NCBI GenBank assembly: GCA_963764625.1
Contig: CAVXTH010000006.1
Location: forward strand, 256,001-320,000
Direction: 5' to 3'
Length of the DNA stretch: 64,000 nt
Origin: Candidatus Krumholzibacteriota bacterium
Lineage (GTDB): Bacteria; Krumholzibacteriota; Krumholzibacteriia; JAJRXK01
Shown: piece by piece, positions 8,643 to 17,951 of the stretch
Numbering within the stretch: position 1 is the stretch's first letter
Layout of the letters: every line of letters starts with the position of its first letter
Position numbers and translations under genes: made by a program
Notes under the pieces: generated by a model
Database searches by the model: none
What the model saw: only the letters and a program-made list of their open reading frames with translations
What the model was told of the DNA's origin: nothing

Positions 8643-11088
8643 AATCGACGACGAGGGGGAGGTGATCCGAAGCCACCCGCGTCAACCGGTTTCTGGGTAC
8701 GATGACCCGGTCGGTCCGCATGAAGTCGGTAGTGAAGACGTGATCGATGCGGCGTAGGGGAAGGCGTCCGCTCCAGGTGCGGGAGACCACGGTGCGCGTG
8801 GGTCCGCTGCCCACGTTCGAGAGGACCTCGCTGAGCCGGCGGCAGGTCCAACTCGACATTCCGGCATTGAGATCGCCGCAGAGAATGAGGGGCACCCGGT
8901 CCAACTCCGCGCCCAGCCAGCCCCGCTGCAGGATGAACTCGACTTGAAGACGCCGTTCGCGCTCGAGAATACTGAGATGTGTGTTCAGCACCTGGATCTT
9001 CGATCCCTCCACGTCGGCTTCCACCCAGAGAATGCCGCGTTCCTCCAAACCCGGGAAGCCCTTGAGTCCGGGTAGAGCCGCCTGGTCCACCATGCGGAGG
9101 GGGTAGTGGCTCAAGATGGCGTTTCCGAATCTCCCGTCGACGAGGTGGCTCACCGCGTGAAAGCGGAAATCGGTCTGCAGACTCTTCGAGATGATCTCGA
9201 CCTGCCGGATTCCACCGGAGCGATCGCGTTCGTCGTCGAGTTCTTGGAGGCAGATGATGTCGGCCTGGAGACGCGAGAGGACGCGCGCGATTCTCTGGGG
9301 GGAGATCTTTCCGTCCATTCCGCGACAGCCGTGCACGTTATAGCTTGCTACGCGCAAATGGAGACGCGGCGTTCGTTCGTAGCGTTGCAGTTGCCGCACC
9401 TGGGCCAGACGGCGAGTCAACTTCCGGTCCGGCAAAATAATTCCCGCCAACGAGCGCAATGCCATCTCCCGCAAGTGGGTTGGACGCAGAACCCCTTCCA
9501 TGGGCTGACCGAGCGTGGCCTCCTTGGGCAAGAGAACGAAGGCGGTGCACTCGCGTGGACCGGGTCCACCGTGCGCACCATTTTCCGTCTGCAGAGAGAG
9601 CGGGTTTCGTCGTTGGAATCCGAACAGCGCGATGGGACCGGCATCGGGATGGTGGAGGAGCCTGAGTGAATCGGATGTGACGTGCTTCAAGTAGGGATGG
9701 TCTTCTCCGAACACTTCGGCCGCATCATCGGGGAGTCTGCACGTCGGCGCATCGCGGCGGAAGACGACGGCTCCGTCTCCATCGGCGACCATCACGGTGG
9801 GCACGGCGGCGTCCTTGGCGATGAGTCGGGCCAGTCGCAGGTGCGCCTCGTGCGTCATCTCGTGAGCGGGATACACGAAACCGGTGGGACCCTGGTGGGC
9901 TACTCGCAAGACCTTGGGCGGCTCGAGGCGAGGAGCGAACTCGATCTGGGATGCGAGTTCGGTGCCGCGACGGCCCTGCATCCACAGCGGCAGTTCCGAG
10001 CGCAACCACTGGGAACGCCCCTTCTCGGGTGGATAGACCCATCCACTCTCCGGTTTTTCCCGATGGCCGACCGCTTCATTGACTTCGAAGCGCTGCACGA
10101 CTCGCTCGACCGCGTGGCTCAGATCTTCTGGGCGCTCCTTGGGATACGGAATGGTCGCCTCCTGGCCGTGGTCGGAGTAGATCCAGACCTGGTAGTCGCG
10201 GTGCTTCGAACGGTGCGCCGCGAGCCACACCCGACGCAAGGAGTGGTCGATTCCCTTGAGCGTCCAGCGCGCGAAGCGCGAGTCAGGACCTCGGCGGTGG
10301 GCATGCTCATCGTATCCCAGGAAATTCAGTTGAATGATGGGCAGGCCCCGTTCGCAGTCGATCGAGGCCCCCGCGGTGACGATCTCGCGCATGACCGAAC
10401 TGACGATGACGCGAGTGGGAATGAATCGCAGTTCGGCGAAAAAGCTGTGGCCGGCCAGAGTGCCGAGCGTGAAGTCGTAAATGGCCAAGGCCAACTCGAC
10501 CAGGGCGTAGGCAAGAATCCGGACCAGACTCCAGCCGTACCACAGAACCAAGCCGATCATGCGGAGGGGATTCAGTGCCTGCCAGATCATCTCCAGGCCG
10601 GCGGTGGACGCGCAGAGGTGCGGCTCGTCGGCGTCACCGTGAAAGATGTTGGACCAGGAAGATCCCCCGCGCATGAGCCCTTCGCTTTCGCTCTGGAGTT
10701 TGTCCTCGACTGCGGAGGCGGCGGTCGGATCGTTCATGCTCACGATGCGTCCGAGTTTGGAGTTGTAGTAACCGAACGCGGGAACGGCGCCTTTGACTCC
10801 GTAGAAGAACTCGGCCTGGAACCCCGGAGTGGAGGAGGGCATACCGGTGTACATGGGATGGAGCTGCTGATCTTCGTTGTCCAGAAGATGCTTCAGGAAG
10901 GGCATGCGCCCTTCCCTCATCGCGCGTTGAACCACGTCGTAGCCGAGGCCGTCGATCTGCATGAGAACGAGTCCGGCCTCCTGGCGGTCCTCACCACCGG
11001 GGACATAGCCCAGGATGCGCGCGCTCCAGCGATTACGGCTGAATAGACGCCGAAAGCGTGACGCGAGGATTTCCACCCGATCCATCAT
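8584..11088 (-). CDS. Alkaline-phosphatase/nucleotide-pyrophosphatase-like domain fused to EEP (endonuclease/exonuclease/phosphatase) domain
   Basis: QIDGLG, PSSTP, YDEHAHRRG, SDHGQ, HGG in the N-part; SYNVH, LQE, GNAILS, NTHL, GDLN, IDH, SDHLP in the C-part. Confidence 0.85.
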   Translation of the reverse strand: MMDRVEILASRFRRLFSRNRWSARILGYVPGGEDRQEAGLVLMQIDGLGYDVVQRAMREGRMPFLKHLLDNEDQQLHPMYTGMPSSTPGFQAEFFYGVKGAVPAFGYYNSKLGRIVSMNDPTAASAVEDKLQSESEGLMRGGSSWSNIFHGDADEPHLCASTAGLEMIWQALNPLRMIGLVLWYGWSLVRILAYALVELALAIYDFTLGTLAGHSFFAELRFIPTRVIVSSVMREIVTAGASIDCERGLPIIQLNFLGYDEHAHRRGPDSRFARWTLKGIDHSLRRVWLAAHRSKHRDYQVWIYSDHGQEATIPYPKERPEDLSHAVERVVQRFEVNEAVGHREKPESGWVYPPEKGRSQWLRSELPLWMQGRRGTELASQIEFAPRLEPPKVLRVAHQGPTGFVYPAHEMTHEAHLRLARLIAKDAAVPTVMVADGDGAVVFRRDAPTCRLPDDAAEVFGEDHPYLKHVTSDSLRLLHHPDAGPIALFGFQRRNPLSLQTENGAHGGPGPRECTAFVLLPKEATLGQPMEGVLRPTHLREMALRSLAGIILPDRKLTRRLAQVRQLQRYERTPRLHLRVASYNVHGCRGMDGKISPQRIARVLSRLQADIICLQELDDERDRSGGIRQVEIISKSLQTDFRFHAVSHLVDGRFGNAILSHYPLRMVDQAALPGLKGFPGLEERGILWVEADVEGSKIQVLNTHLSILERERRLQVEFILQRGWLGAELDRVPLILCGDLNAGMSSWTCRRLSEVLSNVGSGPTRTVVSRTWSGRLPLRRIDHVFTTDFMRTDRVIVPRNRLTRVASDHLPLVVDFSLVAEEAKEDLPQHAQSK

Positions 11089-11184
11089 ATCTCGTTGGGA
11101 GGGTTCGACCGGGAACCGCTAATCCCGGTGCTTCTCTCACGAGAACAGAATCGCGCCAACTTGCTTGCTTGTCACGCCGTCGCT

Positions 11185-12759
11185 TCAGGTCCGGGCGTCC
11201 GTACTCGGCGGAGGCAACTGGAGATCGATCATGTCGGGCAGAGGTTCGACCGGATCTTCGAGCCCGAACGGCGGGTTCGTGTCCGTTCGTGGCGGAGTAC
11301 GGTGCGATACGATCGACGACTGCAGCGTTTCTTCCGAGGGCAGGTTTGCCGCGCCGAGAGGAAGATCGGAAGGCTTCACCACGAAGTGTTGGATCGCGAA
11401 CACCACGGCCGCGGCCAGAAGGAGCGCGACGAACGCTCCCACCAGCGTCTTCCAGACCGGTTTGGGGTGCCCCTCGAGAAGCTCCCGGGGCTCGCTCGAG
11501 GGGGAGAGCGGACGGGCCGGGCGCGTGGGTATCCTCGACTTCTTCAACTTCGGAGCCACGGGGGAAGCGACGCGTTTGGACGCGAGCGGACCGGATCGCG
11601 GATTGGCCGGCGGCATCGCGCGTGTCGAAGGATCTGCTTCCAGCGGATTCACGGGATGGGAAGGCGGAATATTCACCGCGCCCGAACGCGGTATTTGCAC
11701 CGCGCCAGAGCGTGAAGGGCGCGCATTCAATTCGGGAATGTCGGTGCTTCCCACTCGCGCATCCATTCTCGACGACCTGCGCCCCGACCGCGACTGCGTG
11801 TGGGTGGCGCGCGGAGGGGTCTTTCGCGAGCCTGGGCCACGAGTGGAACCCGAAGCAGGTTGGGTGCTCGTGCTGTGCCGGCGGCGCAGGGACTCGGTTT
11901 CCAGACCCATCGTGAGTTCGGAGATGAGATCGTGTGGCCCACGCCGCGTCGAGCCAGCGAGTTGCTTCAGCACCAATACCAGTTCTTCCATCGACTGCGG
12001 TCGGTTCTTGGGATCTTTCTCCAGACAGCCCGTGATGATCCGCTCGAGTCCGGGCGGAAGGTCGCGACGGAGTTCGCGCGCCGGACGCGGCTCACGAGAG
12101 ATGATCGCGTGCAGGGTCGCGAGATCGTTTTCCCCCGGGAAGGGCAACTGGCCGGTGACCATCTGGTAGAGCAATGACCCGAAGGAGAAGATGTCGGTGG
12201 CTGCGGTCAGTTCGTCACCGCGCGCCTGTTCGGGGGACATGTACGCCACCGTTCCGTAGCTCTCGGGCCCGGTGGTCTCGACGGTGCGGCGCGGCCTGAG
12301 GGCTAAGCCGAAGTCCATGACCTTCACTTCACCGCGACTGGTGATGGCCACGTTTGCCGGCTTGATGTCGCGATGGATGATTCCGTGTTCGTGCGCGGCG
12401 GCGATTCCCAGCGCGGTGCCCAGCGCGATTTCAACGATCCGCGGGATCTCCAGACGCTTGGACGCCATGATCTCCCGGAGCGTGCGTCCTTCGACGTACT
12501 CCATGCAGATGGCGTAGACGCCGCCGTTCTCCTCGACGGAATGGATGACCGCGATGTTGGGGTGCTGGAGACGTGCGCACGACCGCGCCTCGTCCAGGAG
12601 CCGTCCCTGCGCGACCCGATCGCTGGTAAGCGAGCGCGGGAGAAATTTGAGCGCCACCCGCCGTTCGAGGTTCATGTCTACCGCGAGGTAGACCTCTCCC
12701 ATCCCACCGGTACCGAGAAGGCGCTCGATTTCGAAGTGACAATAGCGTGAACCGATCAT
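11185..12759 (-). CDS. Membrane-anchored Hanks-type Ser/Thr protein kinase
   Basis: LGTGGMGEVY, VALKFL, HRDIKPAN, DFGLA, GTVAYMSPEQ, DIFSFG; long S/R/P-rich linker and a single TM helix. Confidence 0.92.
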   Translation of the reverse strand: MIGSRYCHFEIERLLGTGGMGEVYLAVDMNLERRVALKFLPRSLTSDRVAQGRLLDEARSCARLQHPNIAVIHSVEENGGVYAICMEYVEGRTLREIMASKRLEIPRIVEIALGTALGIAAAHEHGIIHRDIKPANVAITSRGEVKVMDFGLALRPRRTVETTGPESYGTVAYMSPEQARGDELTAATDIFSFGSLLYQMVTGQLPFPGENDLATLHAIISREPRPARELRRDLPPGLERIITGCLEKDPKNRPQSMEELVLVLKQLAGSTRRGPHDLISELTMGLETESLRRRHSTSTQPASGSTRGPGSRKTPPRATHTQSRSGRRSSRMDARVGSTDIPELNARPSRSGAVQIPRSGAVNIPPSHPVNPLEADPSTRAMPPANPRSGPLASKRVASPVAPKLKKSRIPTRPARPLSPSSEPRELLEGHPKPVWKTLVGAFVALLLAAAVVFAIQHFVVKPSDLPLGAANLPSEETLQSSIVSHRTPPRTDTNPPFGLEDPVEPLPDMIDLQLPPPSTDART

Positions 12760-12802
12760 GAAACATCGAGTGATCAACCTACGTGCCAGGGCGTTCGGGG
12801 GC

Positions 12803-13624
12803 TCAGGGGGCGCTGCGAATCGCCGCCACGAGGCGCTTGGCACGGTCTAACTCTATTGGTCTATCCCACTTACCGTCGTGCTTGAGGCTCGTGCCCACGA
12901 TGAGCGCATCCGCCAGCCGGGCCAATCGTGGCGCATTTTGCACCGTCAAACCGCTCCCGAGCACCAGAGGCAGGGTGCTGGCCGCGCGGGCGCGCTCGAA
13001 GTCCTCGGGGGCAGGAGCGATGCCGGTCGAGGCGCCCGTGATGACGGCCGCGGAAGCCCCATGGAGTTCCAGCGTGGACAGGACGTCCTCGAGGCTCAAA
13101 TCGGCGGTGGCCGCGTGGCTCGCGTGCTTCTTCTTCACATCGGCCCACACCGCCAGCTCGGCGGCGCCAATGGCCCGGGCGTAGCGCAGAGTGGCGCCCG
13201 CGCTGGCCTCCGCCCAGCCCTTGTCGGAGAGGTGGCCGTAGGTCCAGGCTTCCGCGCGCAGAAAGTCCAGTCCGGCCGCGTGGGCGACGGCCACCGCCAC
13301 TTTGTGGGCCGCGAAGAGGACCTGGATGCCCACCCGGATCTCCGGGGGGGCCAGTTGACGGATTTCGTGGGCGAGAACCGCCATGTAGGCTGGAACCTCC
13401 GGCCCCATCTCGCTCTCCCGGAGGGGCGGGAAGTCATGCATGTTCTCCAGGAGGAGTCCGTCAAACCCAGCTTTCAGAAGGGCTTGCGCATCCGCCCTGG
13501 CCCGGGCCAGGCACAGCTCCATCGGCTCCTGGCCGGGGCTGCCCGGAGTAGGCAAGACGTGGATCATCCCCACCAGGGCGGGTTTGTGGCGAAAGGAAAG
13601 TGAGGTTCGAGCTGGGTGGACCAT
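12803..13624 (-). CDS. BtpA/SgcQ family TIM-barrel protein
   Basis: GMIHVLPTPGSP, LENMHDFP, ADVKKKHASH, VITGASTG, GSG, IVGTSLK. Confidence 0.9.
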   Translation of the reverse strand: MVHPARTSLSFRHKPALVGMIHVLPTPGSPGQEPMELCLARARADAQALLKAGFDGLLLENMHDFPPLRESEMGPEVPAYMAVLAHEIRQLAPPEIRVGIQVLFAAHKVAVAVAHAAGLDFLRAEAWTYGHLSDKGWAEASAGATLRYARAIGAAELAVWADVKKKHASHAATADLSLEDVLSTLELHGASAAVITGASTGIAPAPEDFERARAASTLPLVLGSGLTVQNAPRLARLADALIVGTSLKHDGKWDRPIELDRAKRLVAAIRSAP

Positions 13625-13688
13625 GCTGAGTCTCCCGAAGAATGTGCTGATTTCCGCCGAGAATCCGCTGGATTCTCCTAAGTTTTGT

Positions 13689-13717
13689 TTGACACCTCAG
13701 GGGCCGGTCCAGAAGAT
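13689..13717 (+). promoter_or_regulatory. Sigma70-type promoter of the histone gene
   Basis: TTGACA-17 bp-GAAGAT; AGGAGG RBS at 13755-13760. Confidence 0.55.
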
Positions 13718-13769
13718 ACCGGCACTGGAGCTACCTTTCCCCAGATCCTTTTGCAGGAGGGCTTACACT

Positions 13770-13940
13770 ATGGCCGAGATGATCATCTCCAAGGCGCGGA
13801 CCAAGGCCGCCGCCAACGAATGCAACGTTTCCAGCGATTTTTACGAGGCTCTCGATGCGAAAGTGCGTCAACTCATCGCCACTGCGGAGAAGCGCGCTAC
13901 GGAGAACGGCCGGAAGACGATTCGCCCCTACGATCTTTAG
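13770..13940 (+). CDS. Prokaryotic histone-fold protein (short alpha3, DUF1931/face-to-face-like), 56 aa
   Basis: MAEMIISKARTKAAANECNVSSDFYEALDAKVRQLIATAEKRATENGRKTIRPYDL: L1 'NVS', long alpha2, L2 motif RAxxxGRKTIxxxDL; AGGAGG RBS 9 nt upstream. Confidence 0.88.
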   Translation: MAEMIISKARTKAAANECNVSSDFYEALDAKVRQLIATAEKRATENGRKTIRPYDL

Positions 13941-13986
13941 GCCATTCTTCGACCTTTTTCCGGGAGAGCGGAAGTGATCCCGGCTC

Positions 13987-14015
13987 CGAAGCCTCTGGCG
14001 TGGCCAGAGGCTTCG
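13987..14015. terminator. Bidirectional hairpin between convergent histone and epimerase genes
   Basis: CGAAGCCTCTGGC-GTG-GCCAGAGGCTTCG, perfect 13-bp stem. Confidence 0.65.
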
Positions 14016-14026
14016 ATGTTGTGTCC

Positions 14027-15040
14027 TCATTGGGGCCCGACGCCCAGGCCGGGCGAGCCGGGAATCGTGATGCGACCCTGCTCCACCACGCGGGGTCCGA
14101 AGGGGTCTTCCGCCAGGAGGGCCGCGCCATCCAGATCGGCCCAGCGCGCCAGTGGGGCCAGGTGGGAGGCCGCGGCGATCCCCAGCGAACTCTCCACGAA
14201 ACAGCCCAGCATGACCTCGAGTCCCAGACCGCGGGCGGCGTGAATCATCGCCACCGCCCGTCGCAGGCCGCCGGCTTTCATGAGCTTCACGTTGATTCCG
14301 TCGTAGACGCCGACCAGCTCGCTGATTGCGTCCAGGCTCGCTGCGTCCTCGTCTGCGATCAAGGGTAACTTGGTGACCCCACGCAAACGTCGGATCGCCT
14401 CGAGCTGACCCGCGGGCAGGGGTTGCTCGACGAGCTCACAGCCCATCGCTTCCAGCCAGGGCAGCTTCTCCTCGGCCTCTTCCTCGCTCCAGGCTTCGTT
14501 CACATCTACCCGAAAGGGACGCTCGCTCCACTTGCGGAGACTCTCCACCGCCACTTCATCTGCCGGGCCCCCGCCCAGCTTGAGTTTGAAGATGGGCCAC
14601 GCTTCGGCTTCCTTTGCCCGTTCCAGGAGTAGACTGGGGTCGTCGATCGAAATCGTGAAGGAGGAGGGCGGAGTCTGGCCCGGATCGATGGCCAAGAGTC
14701 GACAGAGAGGGAGACCGCGCGCCTGCCCTACCCAATCGAAGAGCGCCGCTTCGAGTGCGCAATGGGCCGAAGTCTCCTTGGGGTGATGCGATTCGAAACG
14801 CCCCATCACTTCCTCGAGGTAGAAGGGACTCAACTCCGCCGGCGGAGAGAAGCTCGAAAACGCGGCCAGTGCGCTTGCTTGACTTTGCCCGTAACGGGAA
14901 TTGGGGGCGCCTTCACCGCGACCGGTGATTCCCTCGTGCTCGATCTCCACCAGGATGTTCGAGGCGATGAGCTTGCTTCCGCGCGCGATCGTGAAGGGTC
15001 GAAGGAGAGGCAGATCGAGAGCTCGGGCGTGAATCTTCAT
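14027..15040 (-). CDS. Dipeptide epimerase (L-Ala-D/L-Glu epimerase, enolase superfamily)
   Basis: PFTIARG, FKLKLG, RVDVNEAW, EQP, ADE, NVKLMKAGG, DLDG. Confidence 0.9.
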   Translation of the reverse strand: MKIHARALDLPLLRPFTIARGSKLIASNILVEIEHEGITGRGEGAPNSRYGQSQASALAAFSSFSPPAELSPFYLEEVMGRFESHHPKETSAHCALEAALFDWVGQARGLPLCRLLAIDPGQTPPSSFTISIDDPSLLLERAKEAEAWPIFKLKLGGGPADEVAVESLRKWSERPFRVDVNEAWSEEEAEEKLPWLEAMGCELVEQPLPAGQLEAIRRLRGVTKLPLIADEDAASLDAISELVGVYDGINVKLMKAGGLRRAVAMIHAARGLGLEVMLGCFVESSLGIAAASHLAPLARWADLDGAALLAEDPFGPRVVEQGRITIPGSPGLGVGPQ

Positions 15041-15232
15041 GGGGAACTCCCTTTGTTCTAACATCTTCTGTTACGCCAGGCGGGGCCTTTCGGCAAGCGC
15101 TGATTCGCGATGAGACCTCGATTCGTCCGTCCTGAAACCCGGGTGACGCCCCGAGCTGCCATCATGGGGAATCCACTCTAGATTGAAGGAGCCTCCCCGC
15201 ACCATGCTTCGCCTCCCGGGGGAGAACTCCTG

Positions 15233-16753
15233 GTGCAACAATCGGAAATCGCCCGCGTCGTCGCGGGCACACTCGACGGCCTCGCGGGACTGCGCGTGCA
15301 GGTGGAGGTAGATCTGGCGCGGAGCCTTCCCGGATTCCATCTGGTGGGTTTGCCGGGCACTGCGATTCGTGAAAGCCGAGAAAGGGTGGGCGCGGCCCTA
15401 CGCCACGCTGGGTTCCGCTGGCCGGACCGGCGGATCACGGTCAGCCTCGCACCCGCCGATCTTCCCAAGGAGGGAGCGGGGATGGACCTTGCCATCGCGG
15501 CAGGGATCCTGTTCGCCTCGGGGCAGGTCTCGACCACTTCGTCCGCGCTGCTGGGAAAGACTCTACTGGTGGGGGAACTCGCCTTGGATGGTTCCCTGCG
15601 GCCAGTTCGTGGGCTCTTGGCACTCGCGCTCGATGCGAAGCGTCTGGGGATCGATCGCCTCATCGTTCCTTTCGACCAAGTACCGGAGGTCGACGCGGCG
15701 CACTCCACGCGCCGGATCGGTCTGCGTCACCTGGCGGAACTGCCCGAGGCCGTCGACGCCTTGGATCGCCTTCAGCCCAGTTCCGTCTCGATACCCGTCC
15801 ACGATGAAAGTGGAGAACGCGACGCTCTCGCTCTAGCACTGGTGAAGGGTCAAGAGGAAGCCAAGCGCGCACTGACCCTCGCCGCGGCGGGAGGGCATCA
15901 CATGCTCATGATCGGGCCTCCGGGGTGTGGGAAGACCATGCTCGCGCATCGTCTCTGCTCGCTGCTTCCCTCTCTCAGTGGCGAGCAGCGCGCTGAACGT
16001 CTGCGCGTGGAGTCCTGCGCAGGCCTTGCGATCGATCTCGCGCGCGCCTCACGGCCTCCCTTTCGCGCGCCTCACCACACCGTGACCGGAGCTGGCCTCA
16101 CGGGGGGCGGCCGTCCGCCGCGCCCGGGAGAGGTGACGCTGGCGCATCGCGGGGTGCTCTTCCTCGATGAAGCGGCGGAGTTCGAGGGAAGCGTCCTCGA
16201 TCGTCTGCGCGAGCCCCTGGTCACCGGAGAGGTTCGCTTGGCGCGCCTGGGCCGAAGCACCTCGTTTCCCGCCGCGTTTCAATTGATCGCCGCGACCAAT
16301 CCCTGTCCCTGTGGGTGGTACGGCAGCCGGGTCAAGGAGTGCGCCTGCAGACCCGCACAGGTCGATCGCTACCTGCGCCGACTCTCGGGTCCCCTGCGGG
16401 ACCGGATCGAACTTTGGACGGTACTCGATCGTGAACCGGCGGAACACTGGTGGGAGGAACCGGACGATCCGCGCGAAGAAGAAATCCGCCGGCAGATTCG
16501 CGCGGCGAGAGAGCGGGCGCTTTCACGAGGTTCGCTCAACGCGGCACTGGATGGAGATGAGCTCAAGGACGCGTGCCGGCTCGATGAGAGCTCCCGGCTA
16601 TGGCTTCAGAGCTGGGCCGATCGCATGAACCTGAGCCTACGGGCCCTCGCCGGCACGATGAGGGTGGCGCGCACCGTCGCGGATCTTCAAGAACGAGCGC
16701 GAGTCATTCAGGAAGACCTCGCGGTGGCCCTGGCGTTTCGTCCGCCGGCGTGA
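15233..16753 (+). CDS. comM: YifB/ComM Mg-chelatase-like AAA+ ATPase
   Basis: VGLPxxAIRESRERV, LAPADLPKEG, GPPGCGKT, PFRAPHHT, LAHRGVLFLDE, NPCPCG. Confidence 0.92.
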   Translation: MQQSEIARVVAGTLDGLAGLRVQVEVDLARSLPGFHLVGLPGTAIRESRERVGAALRHAGFRWPDRRITVSLAPADLPKEGAGMDLAIAAGILFASGQVSTTSSALLGKTLLVGELALDGSLRPVRGLLALALDAKRLGIDRLIVPFDQVPEVDAAHSTRRIGLRHLAELPEAVDALDRLQPSSVSIPVHDESGERDALALALVKGQEEAKRALTLAAAGGHHMLMIGPPGCGKTMLAHRLCSLLPSLSGEQRAERLRVESCAGLAIDLARASRPPFRAPHHTVTGAGLTGGGRPPRPGEVTLAHRGVLFLDEAAEFEGSVLDRLREPLVTGEVRLARLGRSTSFPAAFQLIAATNPCPCGWYGSRVKECACRPAQVDRYLRRLSGPLRDRIELWTVLDREPAEHWWEEPDDPREEEIRRQIRAARERALSRGSLNAALDGDELKDACRLDESSRLWLQSWADRMNLSLRALAGTMRVARTVADLQERARVIQEDLAVALAFRPPA

Positions 16754-16783
16754 GTTGGTGAGGAAGCGAAAGAGAAAACCCGA

Positions 16784-17659
16784 TCAGAAGGTGGCGACGA
16801 CTCCGATGGAGTACCAGAGGCTGGACAGGCTCTCTTTCTGGAAGCCTGAGAACGGTTGCTCCTGTCCTTGCGCGTCGAGAACACTCAACGGGATGTCGAT
16901 CTGACGAGTGTCATCCTGGGGGTCGACGACGCCCGGCCGGAAGATGGCGCCGCTTCGATGCTGCACCTTGGAGAAGTAGTCGCGCACCTCGACAGTGACC
17001 GAAAAGAGATCGTCACCCACGATTCGGATTCCTGCGCCGATATTGTAGGCCAAGATGGGGGGCGTGTCGTTGATGTAGGAGCTGTCGACGTACCAGTACT
17101 GTCCGCCCACTCCTCCCATGAGGTAGGGAATAACGCGTCCCTTGGTGAGCACGTTGTAAACGAGCGCGGTGTCGTGGTACCACATGGCCAACGAACCACG
17201 CTCGAGGTCGGTCTCCAGGAGAACGACATCTCCCTGGTTTCCCGAGACGGACCGTTCCTTCGAGTTGCTCACCGACTGCGCGAAGTCAGTCAGGGTCAGG
17301 CCGAATGTTTGTTGCCAACCCAGGTGTCCCCAGTTGCGAGCGATCCGCAGCTGCGGGCTGAAGGCGGACTGTCCCTTCACTTCCATGTCACCGAAGATCT
17401 TGCCCTTGGAATTCCACTTCACCACGATTTGATCGGCGCGGAACAGAGTTTGGGCCAGATTCATGAACCCGATCTGGAAGGACAGTTCCCACTTGTCGGT
17501 GTCGATGCCGGCCTCGAAGGGCTTCTCAGTCACGACATCTTGGTCGAGGCTCTCCAGGTCATCCAGATTGTCGAGGTCCTGAGCCCGGCAGATCCCCGCA
17601 GTCAAAGCCATGAATAATACCAGCAGGAGACATCCCTCGGCGAAGGCGGTTCGGCGCAT
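16784..17659 (-). CDS. Outer-membrane beta-barrel protein (OmpA/porin-like small barrel)
   Basis: Signal peptide, amphipathic strands, PYLMGGVG, YNIGAGIR, VEVRDY, C-terminal F. Confidence 0.7.
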   Translation of the reverse strand: MRRTAFAEGCLLLVLFMALTAGICRAQDLDNLDDLESLDQDVVTEKPFEAGIDTDKWELSFQIGFMNLAQTLFRADQIVVKWNSKGKIFGDMEVKGQSAFSPQLRIARNWGHLGWQQTFGLTLTDFAQSVSNSKERSVSGNQGDVVLLETDLERGSLAMWYHDTALVYNVLTKGRVIPYLMGGVGGQYWYVDSSYINDTPPILAYNIGAGIRIVGDDLFSVTVEVRDYFSKVQHRSGAIFRPGVVDPQDDTRQIDIPLSVLDAQGQEQPFSGFQKESLSSLWYSIGVVATF

Positions 17660-17951
17660 CGGCAAGTCTCTCCCCGTCTAACGTGAGATCTCGAGGATCG
17701 ATTGAAGGCCGGCGTTTTCGATGCCGGCGGGAACAGATCTGGCGCATGGGATGAGGATGCATGCCAGGGCCGTTCCGGAGGCCAAAGAGCCGTAACCCCA
17801 CCTCCGGCGGCCTACATAAGTACCCCAACGCCCCCACGATTGTCAATGCGAGGCATTGCACAAGCTTGGGTTGTGAGGTGATATTGAATCGTGACCCGCG
17901 AGAATAGCGAAGGAGAGAGCCATTTCCAGCGCCAAACTGCCGAATCGCAGG

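Noticed and set aside
13440-13769. N-terminal extension of the histone ORF (166-aa call), a possible histone tail
   Set aside because: Overlaps btpA antisense and the promoter; the AGGAGG RBS defines ATG 13770.
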